Shown here in pieces: positions 1 through 11,498 of a stretch of DNA of 64,000 nucleotides. Below the pieces are notes generated by a model that saw only the letters and a program-made list of their open reading frames with translations, ran no database searches and was not told the origin of the DNA. Within the stretch, counting starts at the first letter, position 1. Every line of letters starts with the position of its first letter. The position numbers and the translations under genes are program-made. Source of the DNA: Patescibacteria group bacterium (GTDB taxonomy: Bacteria; Patescibacteriota; Patescibacteriia; JAHIZJ01); assembly GCA_028714495.1 (NCBI GenBank), contig JAQTMH010000001.1, forward strand, positions 179,814 through 243,813, in the 5' to 3' direction.

Positions 1-252
1 CGATCACTATGGCCCTCCTCGACAAAGTTGATGACACCCAACTCGGCCTCGCACCCTGTGTCGGCCTCTTGGTCTTCCGTGATCAGGGCGGTATCATCAT
101 CGGTGCCCAGAAGCTTGTTCCCTCATCAGCCCAGCGTTGAGACCAAACAGCGCCTGTCAGCCTGCGCTTTTCAAAGGCTGACTTTTTTATAAAAAAACGG
201 GCTGGCTCGGAAATGAGCAGCCCGGTTGTGCGATTTTGAGAGACCTTCGTCT

Positions 253-450
253 CTAGTACCATGGTCTTGGCCGCATCAGCGTGCCGCACCGCCCGCACTT
301 CACAACCTCGAGTACACCCTCACGGAAACGCATCTTGATTGTCGGATTGCGATACTGCGAACAGCTGCTACAAGCGCCAGAGATGTTGAAGGCCATTGGC
401 AGATCACTGAATGAAGGCAGGGGTGGCGGTGGCGGCGGAACAAACGCCAT
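253..450 (-). CDS. small hypothetical protein with two CxxC motifs (possible zinc ribbon)
   Basis: ORF from MAFVPPPP; CSSC and CGRC motifs. Confidence 0.35.
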   Translation of the reverse strand: MAFVPPPPPPLPSFSDLPMAFNISGACSSCSQYRNPTIKMRFREGVLEVVKCGRCGTLMRPRPWY

Positions 451-1165
451 CGGATAGCCGATCTGCATCCACTAAAAGCCACCGTTTGGATGGTCTACTC
501 GGTATCCAATCCTATGACCGGTACCGCCTCGAGTCGTTGGCAAACTTCCGTTATGCGTTACCACTTGAAGGGCCATCAGTACCTCCTTTGGTTAGACCAG
601 GTTTCCGTAACCCGGGAAAGGCCGTCCCATGCGACGCAGATGCCGACAACGGGCATAGTGCAGCGCCCCACAAAAAGCATGAAAGACACGACTGCCACGA
701 AACTCACGTACACGCCGGCGCTTGCGATTGGCTTCCTGTATGACTGGCTCAATCTTGCTCGATCAGCGCTGTCAGCAAAGTCATAGGCGGCCCTGGCAAA
801 GGAAGCAGTTTCAAATCGGCTTGATCAATGGTAACACTGTATCCCTGCCGGTCATAGAGAATGTCCAATAGATCTCTCGGATACCACATTTCACACCTCG
901 CTATTGATATGGCCTGGCACGGCTTGTCTGTGAAAACATTGAACGAACATCTACCCTCTCGGCAGGCTACCGGACATTTTCCGGCAACGCCCAAAGTTAA
1001 ACATAATTATATATAACAAGTCAAGTCAATATTTTGTAGGCGAGGTTGGCCAATCTTATCAAAACTTATTTCGTAAGCGAGCATTAACGCTCGCCTTATC
1101 CAATTTTGATTGATTCATTGGCTTATTTGTATTATTATTTATAAGGAAACTGATAATAAACCCAG

Positions 1166-1810
1166 ATGTATAGAGAAGTTATCGATTACCAACCCAGGAA
1201 TTCCGAGGAACTTTTCAGAGATACTCTTAGTCGGGATGACAAAGACAGAAATTTTCGGACCCATTTTCCTCCCATTATAGAACCTGGCGCTCCGGTTACC
1301 ATGCTTCCGGATAATAACGATGGATCGTCAAACTGGCAATTCGAAGAATATATTCCTCGGGATGGTATTGTTGTTATAAAAGTACCGTCAGAACAAAATC
1401 CAAAAGCATACTATAAACGAGAGGAGTTGCCACTATTAGTTTTTTATTTATTAAATCCAAACGCGGCCCCTCCTGAACTATCCTTGCCCTTACAATATTA
1501 TCTGGAGGTATGGGATACGTATACGCCTGATCCCAGCAAAAGGGCATACGGAAAATACGGAGATGAAATGAGCGATGAAATATGGGCTGCGCTAACCGCT
1601 GATCCTGACTGTCGGGAACGCCAGGCAATGACCTTGTTTAACATAGAGGCAGGGAAGACGAAAGTGCGCCAGCTTACCCGGATGCTGGAAACGGATAACC
1701 AGGCGACACTGCCACAGGACAAGTGTCCTTTTGATTTAATCCGGCGAGATACCCTGTTCGGTAAATTAGCAAAGGAAGCTGAGGACCAAAGGACCTTAGT
1801 AGCAAACTGA
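1166..1810 (+). CDS. hypothetical protein
   Basis: 214-aa ORF after AT-rich leader; no motif recognised. Confidence 0.7.
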   Translation: MYREVIDYQPRNSEELFRDTLSRDDKDRNFRTHFPPIIEPGAPVTMLPDNNDGSSNWQFEEYIPRDGIVVIKVPSEQNPKAYYKREELPLLVFYLLNPNAAPPELSLPLQYYLEVWDTYTPDPSKRAYGKYGDEMSDEIWAALTADPDCRERQAMTLFNIEAGKTKVRQLTRMLETDNQATLPQDKCPFDLIRRDTLFGKLAKEAEDQRTLVAN

Positions 1811-1876
1811 CATTACCCTGGACAAAAGTCGAAAATTGCGCTATAATTAAGGAAGAAAAATAAACACAAAAACCAA

Positions 1877-4090
1877 ATGCTACTTAAGTCCAGCAATAAG
1901 CTTTTGATAGGCTTTCTTGCGCTATTGGGTATCACTCTGGCCCTAGGCGCCGGAGTTGAAGTACTGGCCAAGCCCGCCGGCTTAAAAACTCAAACTTTCA
2001 AACAATCATCTCTGGCTGACGTCAATAGTTCAGCTTTTTTGTTTGATTCAAACTATACTTCTCCCACTCTGACCACCGAAGAAAAAATGAACGTCCTCGG
2101 CTTCAAATGGCAGGGTGATAAAAACGCGCGCTTCTGGATTCAAACTTCGCGCGATGAAAACTGGTCAGACTGGCTAAGGGTGCCCCAAATGGAAGGCCTC
2201 GCCGGCAAAAGCGATGAATATAATTACTCTGATTTGATTTTTTTCCCGGATACGAAAAGTTTCCGCTATCGCTATGAATCAGCCGAGGAAATAACCGGTG
2301 TTGAGGCGATAACCCTTAACCCAAGTGCTGGCCGAAATGTCCTAGGTTTTCTGAGGGCGCTGATTCCCGGAGCCAAGGCTGAATTAACGGTCATACCCCG
2401 AACCGAATGGGGCGCTGATGAAACAATTTCCACCTGGGAACCGGAATACGCCGAGCCGGTAAAATTCATCATCCACCACACGGCCGGGTCTGATGGATCG
2501 GTTGAACCTGAAGGGAGCCTGAGAGCTATTCAATACTGGCACGCCGTGGTCATGGGCTGGGGCGATATCGGCTACAATTACATCATCGACGCCAGTGGGA
2601 AAGTCTATGAGGGACGAAAAGGCGGCGACGGCGCGATCGGCGCCCACGCCTATCGCAATAGTACCTGCAATGAGCAACGTTTCGGCGGCAGCGACACGGG
2701 GATTGATTTCAACCGCGGGACAATCGGCATCGCCGTCATGGGTAACTATGAAGACAACGCACTGCCGGAAAGTTTGCTCGAGCCGATTGCCAATCTCATT
2801 GCGGAGAAATCTAAAGTTTTTGGGATTGAGCCGAATGGCGCGAGCGATTTTCAAGATTTAATAAACCTCCCAAATATATCCAGCCACCAGGATGTTGACT
2901 GCACACTCTGCCCGGGGAAAAACCTCTACGCCAGCCTGCCTCAAATCCGCGAACTGGCCCAAAATCTGTACCAAGCCGGCGGTGGCGTTCAACCGATCGT
3001 TTCAGCCAGGCTGACCAACACAAGCATCAGTCAATTTGAGCTCAAGGCCGGCGCGACTACCACTCTCTGGGCTGACTTCGTAAATACCGGCAATACCACT
3101 TGGCATAGCTATGGCAGTCCGCCGGTTCTATCCACGGCCAGCCCTGCTTCGGTTCTAAAAGCCGATTCCTGGGTTTCCAGCGCCACTGTCGCCCGACTAA
3201 CCACACCCAATGTCGCGCCAGGTGAAACCGGCCGTTTCGAATTCACTGTCGCGGCTCCAAATGACCGGCTGGAGGCAAGCGAAGTTTTTTATCTGGCTTA
3301 TAACGACCTGCCTCTGGCCGAAAGCGGCTTTGAGATAAAAGTCCAGGTCACCGGCCTGGAGCGGGCGGCGAAATTGGTTTCAGCAGACGTGAAAAAGGCT
3401 TCGTTCCTTGGGGCCCGTCTTAAAACCGTTCTAAAATATGAAAACCTCGGCACTAAGACTTGGACCCCGGCCGACACCTTCTTAAATATCTACGACCTGG
3501 GCGATAAAATCAGCCGCTACCGCGATAAATCGTGGAATGATGATTCCGGTAAAATTGCCCTCAAAGAGGCTTCGGTGCCAGCTGGCGGAACCGGCACTTT
3601 TGAATTCTACGAAATCTCTCCGAATCAAACCGGCCTTTACCGGCAAATTTTCCGTCTCTTTAACGAGAACCGGGACATAATTAATTCTTCCGCGTCGCTC
3701 ATTTCCCGGGTTGATTCTCTGTTTCGAGCCGAGCTGGTTTCAACTGATTTGCCTCTGGCTGTCAAAGCCGGCTGGCAGCCGACAGTCACGCTGAAATTTA
3801 AAAATACCGGCGGGGCCACCTGGGATAAGAATCTACGGCTCCAGATCTTTGACCAGGGCTTGAAAACCAGCCCCTTCTACAGCTCCACCTGGTCAACAGC
3901 CTCGGGCAATATCCGCTTAAAAGAAACAAGCGTTAAGCCAGGTGAAATTGGAACTTTCATCTTTAAGCTAAAATCGCCAAAACAGGTTGGACTCTTTCGC
4001 CACGTCTTTCGTCTCAAAAGCCAGAGCTATCCTTATAGTATCGAGGGCGGTGAAGTTACCCGGCTGACTCGGGTTGATCGGGTAATTTAA
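1877..4090 (+). CDS. secreted N-acetylmuramoyl-L-alanine amidase (Amidase_2/PGRP-like) with three C-terminal Ig-like repeats
   Basis: signal peptide; IIHHTAG, GWGDIGYNY, GAHA, SHQD..T.CPG motifs; repeated NTG..TW / VxPGExGxF domains. Confidence 0.88.
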   Translation: MLLKSSNKLLIGFLALLGITLALGAGVEVLAKPAGLKTQTFKQSSLADVNSSAFLFDSNYTSPTLTTEEKMNVLGFKWQGDKNARFWIQTSRDENWSDWLRVPQMEGLAGKSDEYNYSDLIFFPDTKSFRYRYESAEEITGVEAITLNPSAGRNVLGFLRALIPGAKAELTVIPRTEWGADETISTWEPEYAEPVKFIIHHTAGSDGSVEPEGSLRAIQYWHAVVMGWGDIGYNYIIDASGKVYEGRKGGDGAIGAHAYRNSTCNEQRFGGSDTGIDFNRGTIGIAVMGNYEDNALPESLLEPIANLIAEKSKVFGIEPNGASDFQDLINLPNISSHQDVDCTLCPGKNLYASLPQIRELAQNLYQAGGGVQPIVSARLTNTSISQFELKAGATTTLWADFVNTGNTTWHSYGSPPVLSTASPASVLKADSWVSSATVARLTTPNVAPGETGRFEFTVAAPNDRLEASEVFYLAYNDLPLAESGFEIKVQVTGLERAAKLVSADVKKASFLGARLKTVLKYENLGTKTWTPADTFLNIYDLGDKISRYRDKSWNDDSGKIALKEASVPAGGTGTFEFYEISPNQTGLYRQIFRLFNENRDIINSSASLISRVDSLFRAELVSTDLPLAVKAGWQPTVTLKFKNTGGATWDKNLRLQIFDQGLKTSPFYSSTWSTASGNIRLKETSVKPGEIGTFIFKLKSPKQVGLFRHVFRLKSQSYPYSIEGGEVTRLTRVDRVI

Positions 4091-4188
4091 TCACTTGCCT
4101 AAATTATAATAAAAAAAGAGGACCTGGTTGGAAAAACCTGGGTCCTTTGATTTCTCGAAGCGGAAGCTGAATTTCAGGTCAGATCAGT

Positions 4189-4470
4189 CTAAACCTGGGT
4201 CCGCCGGGCCTTCCTGCCCCTCTTTCCATTCTGCCGGGGAATCCTGGTCCTTACTGGTACAGCTCCGTTGCGGCCAGACGGTTGGCCTCCACCACTAGCT
4301 CGACGGTTCTCTTCGCGGATTCGCTCGTAGATCTCCTCGCGATGAACTGCTACGTGAGGCGGCGCGTCAATGCCGAGCTTCACTTGCCCGCCCTTGATAT
4401 CCAAAATGGTGACCTTGATCTTGTCGCCGATCCGGATATTCTCCCCCAACTTCCGTGTAAGAATGAGCAT
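4189..4470 (-). CDS. csrA: carbon storage regulator CsrA with basic C-terminal tail
   Basis: [16 protein letters not shown]...[16 protein letters not shown]; GAGGAGG upstream of the ATG at 4470. Confidence 0.93.
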   Translation of the reverse strand: MLILTRKLGENIRIGDKIKVTILDIKGGQVKLGIDAPPHVAVHREEIYERIREENRRASGGGQPSGRNGAVPVRTRIPRQNGKRGRKARRTQV

Positions 4471-4743
4471 ACTTTCCTCCTCGTGTTCATCTGACACCTC
4501 TGTCCCTGAGGCATCCGCCCGACAGTCTATGTCATGAGATAAACTACCCCTCTGGTCGAACGCGTCATGCGGTGAAATACCGCTAATCTATGGGAAAGCC
4601 ATATCGGCCTAATAGCTAGTGGATTATAACAAGCTAAAACCCCATGTCAAGCGACTTTTAAAGGCAAAAAATGCCTTTACTTTGAGTCAAAAATATGGTA
4701 ATCTTGAATACGTATAAATTTATATCCACATATCAATTTTTTT

Positions 4744-5379
4744 ATGTACCTATCCTGGCTCGGCCTCAATTGCTTCAAAATTCAGACTAAAGATAGCGTT
4801 ATTATTACCGACCCTTTTCAGGACCAAACCGGCCTAAAAATGCCCCGTCTTCAGGCTGAATTGGTGCTTGTCACAGAGCCGGAAAATTCTCAATTTAACA
4901 ATATCCAAAGGCTTTCAGGCGAACCTTTCATAATTACTGGGGCTGGCGAGTATGAAATCAAGCAAATCTTCATCCGAGGCCTGGCCGACCAATTAAACGG
5001 ACAGCCGCTGCAGCCTGGCTCTAAAACTCTGTACTTTTTTGAAATCGAAAAAATCGCCTTTGGCCATTTAGGCGCCATCGACCATCTTTTAACAGACGCT
5101 CAGCTGGAAATCTTTGAGGATGTAGACGTTTTATTGGTTCCGATTGGCGGCAACCCCTCGCTCACCGCTGAAAAGGCCGCTGAGGTCATCAGCCAGATTG
5201 AGCCGAGAATCGTCATCCCAATGTACTACAAAACGCCCGGCCTAAAAGTCAATCTTCAGCCTCTGCAAAAATTTCTCACGGTCATGGGCATAAAAACTCC
5301 GGAGGAGTCGTCCCGGCTGAAGCTTACCCGCAATGAACTGCCTCAGGACGAAACTCGAACAATTATTCTCAAACCCTAA
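4744..5379 (+). CDS. metallo-beta-lactamase-fold hydrolase (Lactamase_B_3-like; metal ligands degenerate)
   Basis: WLG..CF.I, TDPF, GEYEIK, HLG, DVLLVPIGG, PRIVIPM motifs. Confidence 0.8.
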   Translation: MYLSWLGLNCFKIQTKDSVIITDPFQDQTGLKMPRLQAELVLVTEPENSQFNNIQRLSGEPFIITGAGEYEIKQIFIRGLADQLNGQPLQPGSKTLYFFEIEKIAFGHLGAIDHLLTDAQLEIFEDVDVLLVPIGGNPSLTAEKAAEVISQIEPRIVIPMYYKTPGLKVNLQPLQKFLTVMGIKTPEESSRLKLTRNELPQDETRTIILKP

Positions 5380-5384
5380 GCCAT

Positions 5385-5834
5385 ATGCCGACTGCTAAAA
5401 CGAAAAAAACCATCAAAAGATCGCAGGCGCTAAGAGTTCGGGTAGTTAAAGAAGATCGATTGACCCGGCCTGAAGCTAAGGCTAATCCCCCGACCCTGAT
5501 CCAAGCACAAACCCAGGTGAAAAAAGAAAATAAAATCGAAAAACCGGGGCGAGTCTTTAAGCAAAAACAATACGCCTGGATTGGCGCCACTGCCAGTTTT
5601 GTGATTATCATGGTTGCCTGGCTGACCCTGGGTCAATATTTGCCCGGTCGCCACAGGTCAAATGAGGCTGATCAATCTCTAAAATCGCTGGGTAATTTAT
5701 TTTCAAAAATCACCACTGATTTTGATCAACACGCTGAAGATATCCGTTCGCAGATTTTTGGCGTAAAGAATTCTGCCAACAGCGAAGAGATTGTAAACCT
5801 GGAACAGCGCGTCTTCCCCCAATTTAATAAATAA
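5385..5834 (+). CDS. hypothetical single-pass membrane protein
   Basis: 149-aa ORF in series with neighbours, one hydrophobic helix. Confidence 0.7.
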   Translation: MPTAKTKKTIKRSQALRVRVVKEDRLTRPEAKANPPTLIQAQTQVKKENKIEKPGRVFKQKQYAWIGATASFVIIMVAWLTLGQYLPGRHRSNEADQSLKSLGNLFSKITTDFDQHAEDIRSQIFGVKNSANSEEIVNLEQRVFPQFNK

Positions 5835-5861
5835 AATCCTAACGTCAGTTCAATAAATCTT

Positions 5862-8309
5862 ATGGCTGAATCAATCGGAAAAGTAGCGCCCCGCCAAATT
5901 ACCGAAGAAATGAAGGAGTCTTATCTTGACTACGCCATGTCGGTAATAGTCGCCCGAGCCTTGCCTGATGTCCGCGACGGCCTGAAACCGGTTCACCGCC
6001 GCATCCTTTACGCCATGTGGGGCATCGGTCTCAGGCCCGGTTCAAAATTCAGAAAATCCGCCACGGTTGTCGGCGAAGTCTTGGGTAAATACCATCCCCA
6101 CGGCGACACCGCGGTTTATGATTCAATGGTCAGGCTGGCTCAAACCTTTTCTCTCCGCTATCCGCTGGTAGAGGGCCAGGGCAATTTCGGTTCAATAGAC
6201 GGGGATAACGCCGCGGCCATGCGCTACACTGAATCTCGTCTGGCCAAGATCTCCGAGGAGATGCTTTTTAATATTGAGAAAAAGACGGTTAATTTTATTC
6301 CAAACTACGACGGCTCCCAGGAAGAGCCCCAAGTCATGCCCGCCAGATTGCCCAATCTCTTGCTCAATGGCACTATGGGCATCGCCGTGGGCATGGCTAC
6401 CAACATCCCGCCTCATAATCTGGGCGAGGTGGTCGACGCGATAATCTGCCTGATTGATAATCCGAGTGCCTCGATCGAAGACTTGATGGAATTTGTGAAA
6501 GGACCCGATTTCCCGACCGGCGCCCAGATTTTCGGACTGAGCGACATCAAACAAGCCTATGCCACCGGCAAAGGCAGTGTGGTGATACGGTCAAAGGCAG
6601 AAATCGTCGAAGATAAATCAGGCCGCTTCAATATCATTGTCACCGAAATCCCCTACCAGGTAAATAAATCTCAGCTTCTGGAACACATTGCCAATCTGGT
6701 CCAGGAAAAGAAAATCGACGGCATTAAAGACCTGCGCGACGAATCTGACCGAGACGGCATCCGAATCGTGATCGAACTGAAAAAAGAAGCCTATCCAAAA
6801 AAGACTCTTAACCGCCTTTTTGACCTGACCCAGCTCCAGGATACTTTTCACTCCAATATGCTGGCTTTGGTCGACGGGATCCAGCCAAGAGTCCTAACTC
6901 TGAAAATGATTCTCGAGGAATATCTGAAGCACCAGCAAGAGGTGACCCGGCGCTATTTGACTTTTGATCTGGAACGGGCCAAGGAACGCGCTCACGTGCT
7001 TGAGGGCCTGAAAATCGCCCTGAAACAACTTGACCCGGTCATCCGAACGATCAAAAAGTCGAAAGATCGCGAGGAAGCAAAAGTAAACCTGATGAAACGC
7101 TTTCGACTGAGCGAGATCCAGAGTTTAGCCATTCTGGAAATGAAGCTTTCCCAGCTCGCCAACCTTGAGCAGCAAAAAATCTTGGATGAACTCAAGGAAA
7201 AGCTCAAACTGATCGCCGAATTAAAGTCTCTTTTGGCCTCGCCAAAAAAGATGCTGGCAGTGATAAAAAAAGACTTGCTCGAAATGAAAGCCAAATTCAA
7301 TAATCCCCGGCGCACCCAGGTCTTCCCCAACCCCGTCGATAAATTCACCCAGGAAGATCTGATTCCCAATGTCTCGACAATTGTTATGACTACTCGCGAC
7401 GGGTATATCAAACGAGTCGAACCGACGGCTTTCAAGACCCAGGGTCGCGGCGGCAAAGGCGTAATCGGCCTAACTACCAAGGAAGAAGACATGGTGGAGC
7501 ATTTCTTCACCACCATGACTCACGCCGACCTTCTCTTTTTCACTACCAAGGGCCGCGTTTTCCAGATGAAAACCTACGACATTCCCCAGGCCAGCCGCAC
7601 GGCTAAAGGCCAGGCGATCGTCAACTTTTTACAGCTCCCCAGCGATGAAAAGATTTCTGTGGTCCTGCCGCTTTCCGAACTGGGCGAATACAAATATCTC
7701 ACCATGGTGACCCGCGGCGGGGTGATTAAGAAAGTTGATATCGAAGAATTTACAAAGGTTCGCCGCTCCGGCCTCATCGCCATCCATATCAAACCAGGCG
7801 ACACGCTTGAATGGGTCAAGCCGTCAATCGGCCAGGATGATCTGATTCTGGTCAGCCGCGAGGGCAAGGCCATTCATTTCCGGGAAAAAGACGTCCGGCC
7901 CATGGGCCGAAGCGCCGCCGGCGTCCGCGGCATCAGGCTGAAAAAGGGCGATGAGGTAAGCGGCATGGATGTAATTCCTCAGGGAAAGATTCAAATTCAC
8001 GAACAGCTTTTGGTCGTAATGGAGAACGGCTTTGGCAAAAGGACCAATTTAAAGAATTATCGGATCCAGGGACGCGGCGGCACAGGCATTAAAACAGCCC
8101 ATATTACCCCGAAAACCGGTAAGATTGTTTCAGCCTTTATCGTCAATGCCAAACTGGAAAAAGAAGATTTAATAATCATGTCTGGCAAGGGACAAGTCAT
8201 CCGACTGCCCTTGAAATCCATCTCGGTTCTTGGCCGGGCAACCCAGGGAGTGCGTTTGATGCGCTTCTCAGAAGCGAATGATAAGGTCGCGTCAGTTACC
8301 TTCATTTAA
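5862..8309 (+). CDS. gyrA: DNA gyrase subunit A
   Basis: [39 protein letters not shown], GyrA-box QGRGGKG. Confidence 0.98.
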   Translation: MAESIGKVAPRQITEEMKESYLDYAMSVIVARALPDVRDGLKPVHRRILYAMWGIGLRPGSKFRKSATVVGEVLGKYHPHGDTAVYDSMVRLAQTFSLRYPLVEGQGNFGSIDGDNAAAMRYTESRLAKISEEMLFNIEKKTVNFIPNYDGSQEEPQVMPARLPNLLLNGTMGIAVGMATNIPPHNLGEVVDAIICLIDNPSASIEDLMEFVKGPDFPTGAQIFGLSDIKQAYATGKGSVVIRSKAEIVEDKSGRFNIIVTEIPYQVNKSQLLEHIANLVQEKKIDGIKDLRDESDRDGIRIVIELKKEAYPKKTLNRLFDLTQLQDTFHSNMLALVDGIQPRVLTLKMILEEYLKHQQEVTRRYLTFDLERAKERAHVLEGLKIALKQLDPVIRTIKKSKDREEAKVNLMKRFRLSEIQSLAILEMKLSQLANLEQQKILDELKEKLKLIAELKSLLASPKKMLAVIKKDLLEMKAKFNNPRRTQVFPNPVDKFTQEDLIPNVSTIVMTTRDGYIKRVEPTAFKTQGRGGKGVIGLTTKEEDMVEHFFTTMTHADLLFFTTKGRVFQMKTYDIPQASRTAKGQAIVNFLQLPSDEKISVVLPLSELGEYKYLTMVTRGGVIKKVDIEEFTKVRRSGLIAIHIKPGDTLEWVKPSIGQDDLILVSREGKAIHFREKDVRPMGRSAAGVRGIRLKKGDEVSGMDVIPQGKIQIHEQLLVVMENGFGKRTNLKNYRIQGRGGTGIKTAHITPKTGKIVSAFIVNAKLEKEDLIIMSGKGQVIRLPLKSISVLGRATQGVRLMRFSEANDKVASVTFI

Positions 8310-8432
8310 CTCTTTTCTCCCCTTCAATATCAAAATCCGTAGGCGAGGATGATCATCCCCGCCTGCTGTTTTTTTGTGAAATAAAAATGCCCCGAGGTTA
8401 TTCAACCGCGGGGCGAGCAAACTTGCTCCAAG

Positions 8433-8777
8433 CTAGTACGAACTCACGACGATGACTGTGCCGTCAAACCAGGGCTGCTTGGTGATGATGGCGAAGCAGC
8501 CGTTATTACCGACCATGAAACGAAACACTCCATCCTTTGTCACTGCGATCTCGGCGAGGAGGAGTTCGACACAGATGTACTGACCGGCCGGTGCCAACTC
8601 GAGAATCCCATTTACAAGAGACCTCGAAAAAGTCTGAACGCAGATCCTCGGCGACCCTGGAGGCGTCGGCATCACTAGCTTGTACTCATTGTATTTCTGT
8701 CTCCCAAAACCGTTCACGTAGTTGCCAAATGTGCTGCCTTCGCTGTCAACTGGTCTTCCGTGTTCATCCGTTTTCAT
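8433..8777 (-). CDS. hypothetical protein
   Basis: 114-aa ORF with GGGAGG Shine-Dalgarno. Confidence 0.55.
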   Translation of the reverse strand: MKTDEHGRPVDSEGSTFGNYVNGFGRQKYNEYKLVMPTPPGSPRICVQTFSRSLVNGILELAPAGQYICVELLLAEIAVTKDGVFRFMVGNNGCFAIITKQPWFDGTVIVVSSY

Positions 8778-9013
8778 GACTTCCTCCCAAGAAATGAACG
8801 GCTAACCCCGGGTTTTTGCGCGGCGGTGCCTGTCCGCATTCCGGGTATTACCTGTTGGCACCGCTTTCTTTTTATCACATTGGGTTATTTTGTCAATACA
8901 AACTATATACGCAATCAAAGAAGTGATGTTTTCTTTATCCGCCTTTTTCGAAAAAATGTGACAAAAGCGCCGCCCCCAGACCTTCCTAGCCACTTTAGTG
9001 GCGTACCCGACTA

Positions 9014-9071
9014 TCCCGCCATAGAGCGGGATCCCGCCTTCCTAAGATATTTTTATAATAAGGTGGCGGGA
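9014..9071. repeat. two stacked GC-rich palindromes (TCCCGCC..GCGGGA and TCCCGCCTTC..AAGGTGGCGGGA)
   Basis: the second unit shares both arms with the hairpin at 49138-49172. Confidence 0.7.
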
Positions 9072-9303
9072 AATCGGTTTGAAGAAGAGCGGGCGGCGCT
9101 TTTCGTCAAGTTTCCGCACTCGAAGAAAATAAAAGCTCTCCTACCAAGTCGATAGCCATACAAGTCCGCAAATAACGCTGGCTTTTTATTATTTTGACTT
9201 GTTGGATAAAAGGTGATAATTTATTAGCTGCGTTCATTAACAGGAAAAGGGTCGGAAAACCCGAAGGTCAATAGACCGCCAGCCCAGGGAAGGAGGGGTA
9301 ATC

Positions 9304-9789
9304 ATGAGCCAGCGAGTCAGCGAATTGATTTGGAACGGAAACCTTCGTCTTCAGCGAGGCTTGGACTTCTGGATTGAGCGGATCGGTGCTATCCGGCGTC
9401 GGAATATTGGCCATTTCGTTCTTGGCGCCTTTATTTCCGGCGTTGTTTCGCTCGTGTTCTACTTCTTCATTTTGGTTATCCTGGCGCTCTTTCTTGGAAT
9501 CGACATCTTCACCAATTTCCTGCCCAGATACTCCTTCTATGGGCTGGTATTGGTCAACACAGTTGTGGCCGGTCTTTCACTGGCGGTAAATCTGGGGCAA
9601 TGCGGCTTGAACGTCACTGGACGGCAGACTTTCCTTACCGCGTTTGTTCTTTTGGCAGTTCTGTCAGTCATCATCGTACTGTCCGGCCTAATGGCCAACG
9701 TCGAGAATCTGGGACACCCAGCACTCTGGATTTTCCTGGTTGCCTTGGGCGGTTTGATTCCGGCTTGTTCAGTCAAGACCTTTCTGTAA
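9304..9789 (+). CDS. hypothetical membrane protein (about 4 TM)
   Basis: hydrophobic ORF, AGGAGG Shine-Dalgarno, downstream hairpin plus U tract. Confidence 0.7.
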   Translation: MSQRVSELIWNGNLRLQRGLDFWIERIGAIRRRNIGHFVLGAFISGVVSLVFYFFILVILALFLGIDIFTNFLPRYSFYGLVLVNTVVAGLSLAVNLGQCGLNVTGRQTFLTAFVLLAVLSVIIVLSGLMANVENLGHPALWIFLVALGGLIPACSVKTFL

Positions 9790-9995
9790 TTGATACAAGC
9801 CGCGCTTAAAAAGCGCTTCAAACCTCTTCGGCATCAACCGCAAGGGGTTTTTTCTTTGCCCAAAACCGGTATTAATGACACTACTAAACAAACCATCTGG
9901 AGATATCCTTGACAAAATCACCCGGAAAGCATATATTTACACGGATCAAATCCGACCTTGCCAAATCGCTAAAAAAATAATATACTTTAACCACT

Positions 9996-10220
9996 ATGGG
10001 ACTTCCAGGGAAAAAATGTCCGAGATCGGGAAAACGTCATCGCCTGGCTTGGTTTAAACAGAAAGCTGGCGTCTTAAGTATTTGCCCGAAATGTAAAAAG
10101 CCGGTGCGGCCTCATCACGCCTGCGGTTTTTGCGGTTATTACCGGGGTCGTTCGATTCTGGCCATAAAAATTAAAAAAACTAAGCCCGGCCAGAAAAAAA
10201 AGGAAGATAAGAAAGACTAA
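9996..10220 (+). CDS. rpmF: 50S ribosomal protein L32
   Basis: basic; CPKC...PHHAC..CGYYRGR. Confidence 0.92.
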   Translation: MGLPGKKCPRSGKRHRLAWFKQKAGVLSICPKCKKPVRPHHACGFCGYYRGRSILAIKIKKTKPGQKKKEDKKD

Positions 10221-10238
10221 AATACAAGCTTATTTAAG

Positions 10239-10688
10239 ATGTCAAATCGCCATCTCGGTCGCACCCTGGCTATGCAAACCCTTTATGAGTGGGATTTCAA
10301 CGGCCAAAAACGTACTGATTTAACGGCTACCGCCAAGGCCAATGTCGAAAAATTCGCTCCGGGCTTTGACGATATTGATTTTACGCTCCAGATAATCAAC
10401 GGCATCTTGAAAAATCTCAAGCCGATTGACCAAATAATTACTAAATACGCCCCGGAGTGGCCGCTGGAACAAATCACTGTGGTTGACCGCAATATCCTGC
10501 GCCTTGGCGTCTATGAATTGAAATTCGCCCCGGATATCCCGCCCAAAGTCGCCATCAATGAAGCGATTGAGCTGGCCAAAACCTTCGGCGGAGAATCATC
10601 GGGTAAATTCGTCAATGGCGTTCTAGGCGCGATTTACAAAGATATGGGCGACGCGCCAAAAGAAGCCGCCGTACCATCTAAAAAATAA
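10239..10688 (+). CDS. nusB: transcription antitermination factor NusB
   Basis: [34 protein letters not shown]. Confidence 0.97.
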   Translation: MSNRHLGRTLAMQTLYEWDFNGQKRTDLTATAKANVEKFAPGFDDIDFTLQIINGILKNLKPIDQIITKYAPEWPLEQITVVDRNILRLGVYELKFAPDIPPKVAINEAIELAKTFGGESSGKFVNGVLGAIYKDMGDAPKEAAVPSKK

Positions 10689-10700
10689 CCCTTAACCTCA

Positions 10701-10755
10701 TCGGCGCAGGAAGCCCCGAGATCTTAAGACAAAGATATCGGGTTCCCTCTGCCGA
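10701..10755 (+). promoter_or_regulatory. long imperfect hairpin directly upstream of rnc (candidate RNase III autoregulatory site)
   Basis: TCGGC/GCCGA, GGAA/TTCC, CCCGA/TCGGG and ATCTT/AAGAT paired arms. Confidence 0.45.
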
Positions 10756-10773
10756 GCGTCTCGAGGAAAAATT

Positions 10774-11475
10774 ATGAAAGACCTCTCAAAGCTCGAAGCT
10801 ATCATCGGCTGTACGTTCAAAAATATCAAACTCCTGGAACAAAGCCTAGTTCACCGCTCGTATCTCAACGAGCATCCGGATTTTCCGCTGAAGCACAACG
10901 AGCGGATGGAATTTTTAGGCGACGCCGTACTGGAGTTGGCTGTCACCAGATACCTTTTTCAAAAGTTTCAAGAAAAATCCGAAGGCGAATTGACCAATTG
11001 GCGCGCCAGCCTGGTAAAAAGTGAAACACTGGCTGACACTGCCGAAAGTATCGATCTCAACGATTTTCTGTACCTAAGCCGGGGCGAGGCTAAAGATACC
11101 AATTCAAAAGCGCGGCGCTACATATTGGCCAACGCTCTCGAAGCTCTCATCGGCGCCATTTATCTCGATCAGGGGTTTGAAGCCGCCGAGAAATTCATTG
11201 GCAGCTTCTTGCTTACAAAACTGGACGATATCTTGCAGAATCATCTCTATCTCGATCCGAAGAGCCGCTTCCAGGAAAAAAGCCAGGAGATCGCCGGAAT
11301 CACACCTCACTATAAAGTGCTCTCCGAGTCCGGCCCTGATCACGCCAAACGTTTTAACATCGGAGTATTTCTGGGTGATGACGAGATCGCTGTCGGTGAG
11401 GGCGCCTCAAAACAAGAAGCCGAGGAAAGCGCGGCGCAGCGGGCGCTCAAAGCCAAAGACTGGAATGGCACTTAA
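10774..11475 (+). CDS. rnc: ribonuclease III
   Basis: HNERMEFLGDAVLEL signature; dsRBD with GPDHAK.F. Confidence 0.97.
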   Translation: MKDLSKLEAIIGCTFKNIKLLEQSLVHRSYLNEHPDFPLKHNERMEFLGDAVLELAVTRYLFQKFQEKSEGELTNWRASLVKSETLADTAESIDLNDFLYLSRGEAKDTNSKARRYILANALEALIGAIYLDQGFEAAEKFIGSFLLTKLDDILQNHLYLDPKSRFQEKSQEIAGITPHYKVLSESGPDHAKRFNIGVFLGDDEIAVGEGASKQEAEESAAQRALKAKDWNGT

Positions 11476-11498
11476 ATAAATCATTTAATAATACCAGG

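Noticed and set aside
411-994. Overlapping short ORFs at the window start
   Set aside because: No recognisable motifs, and I could not decide which frame, if any, is real.
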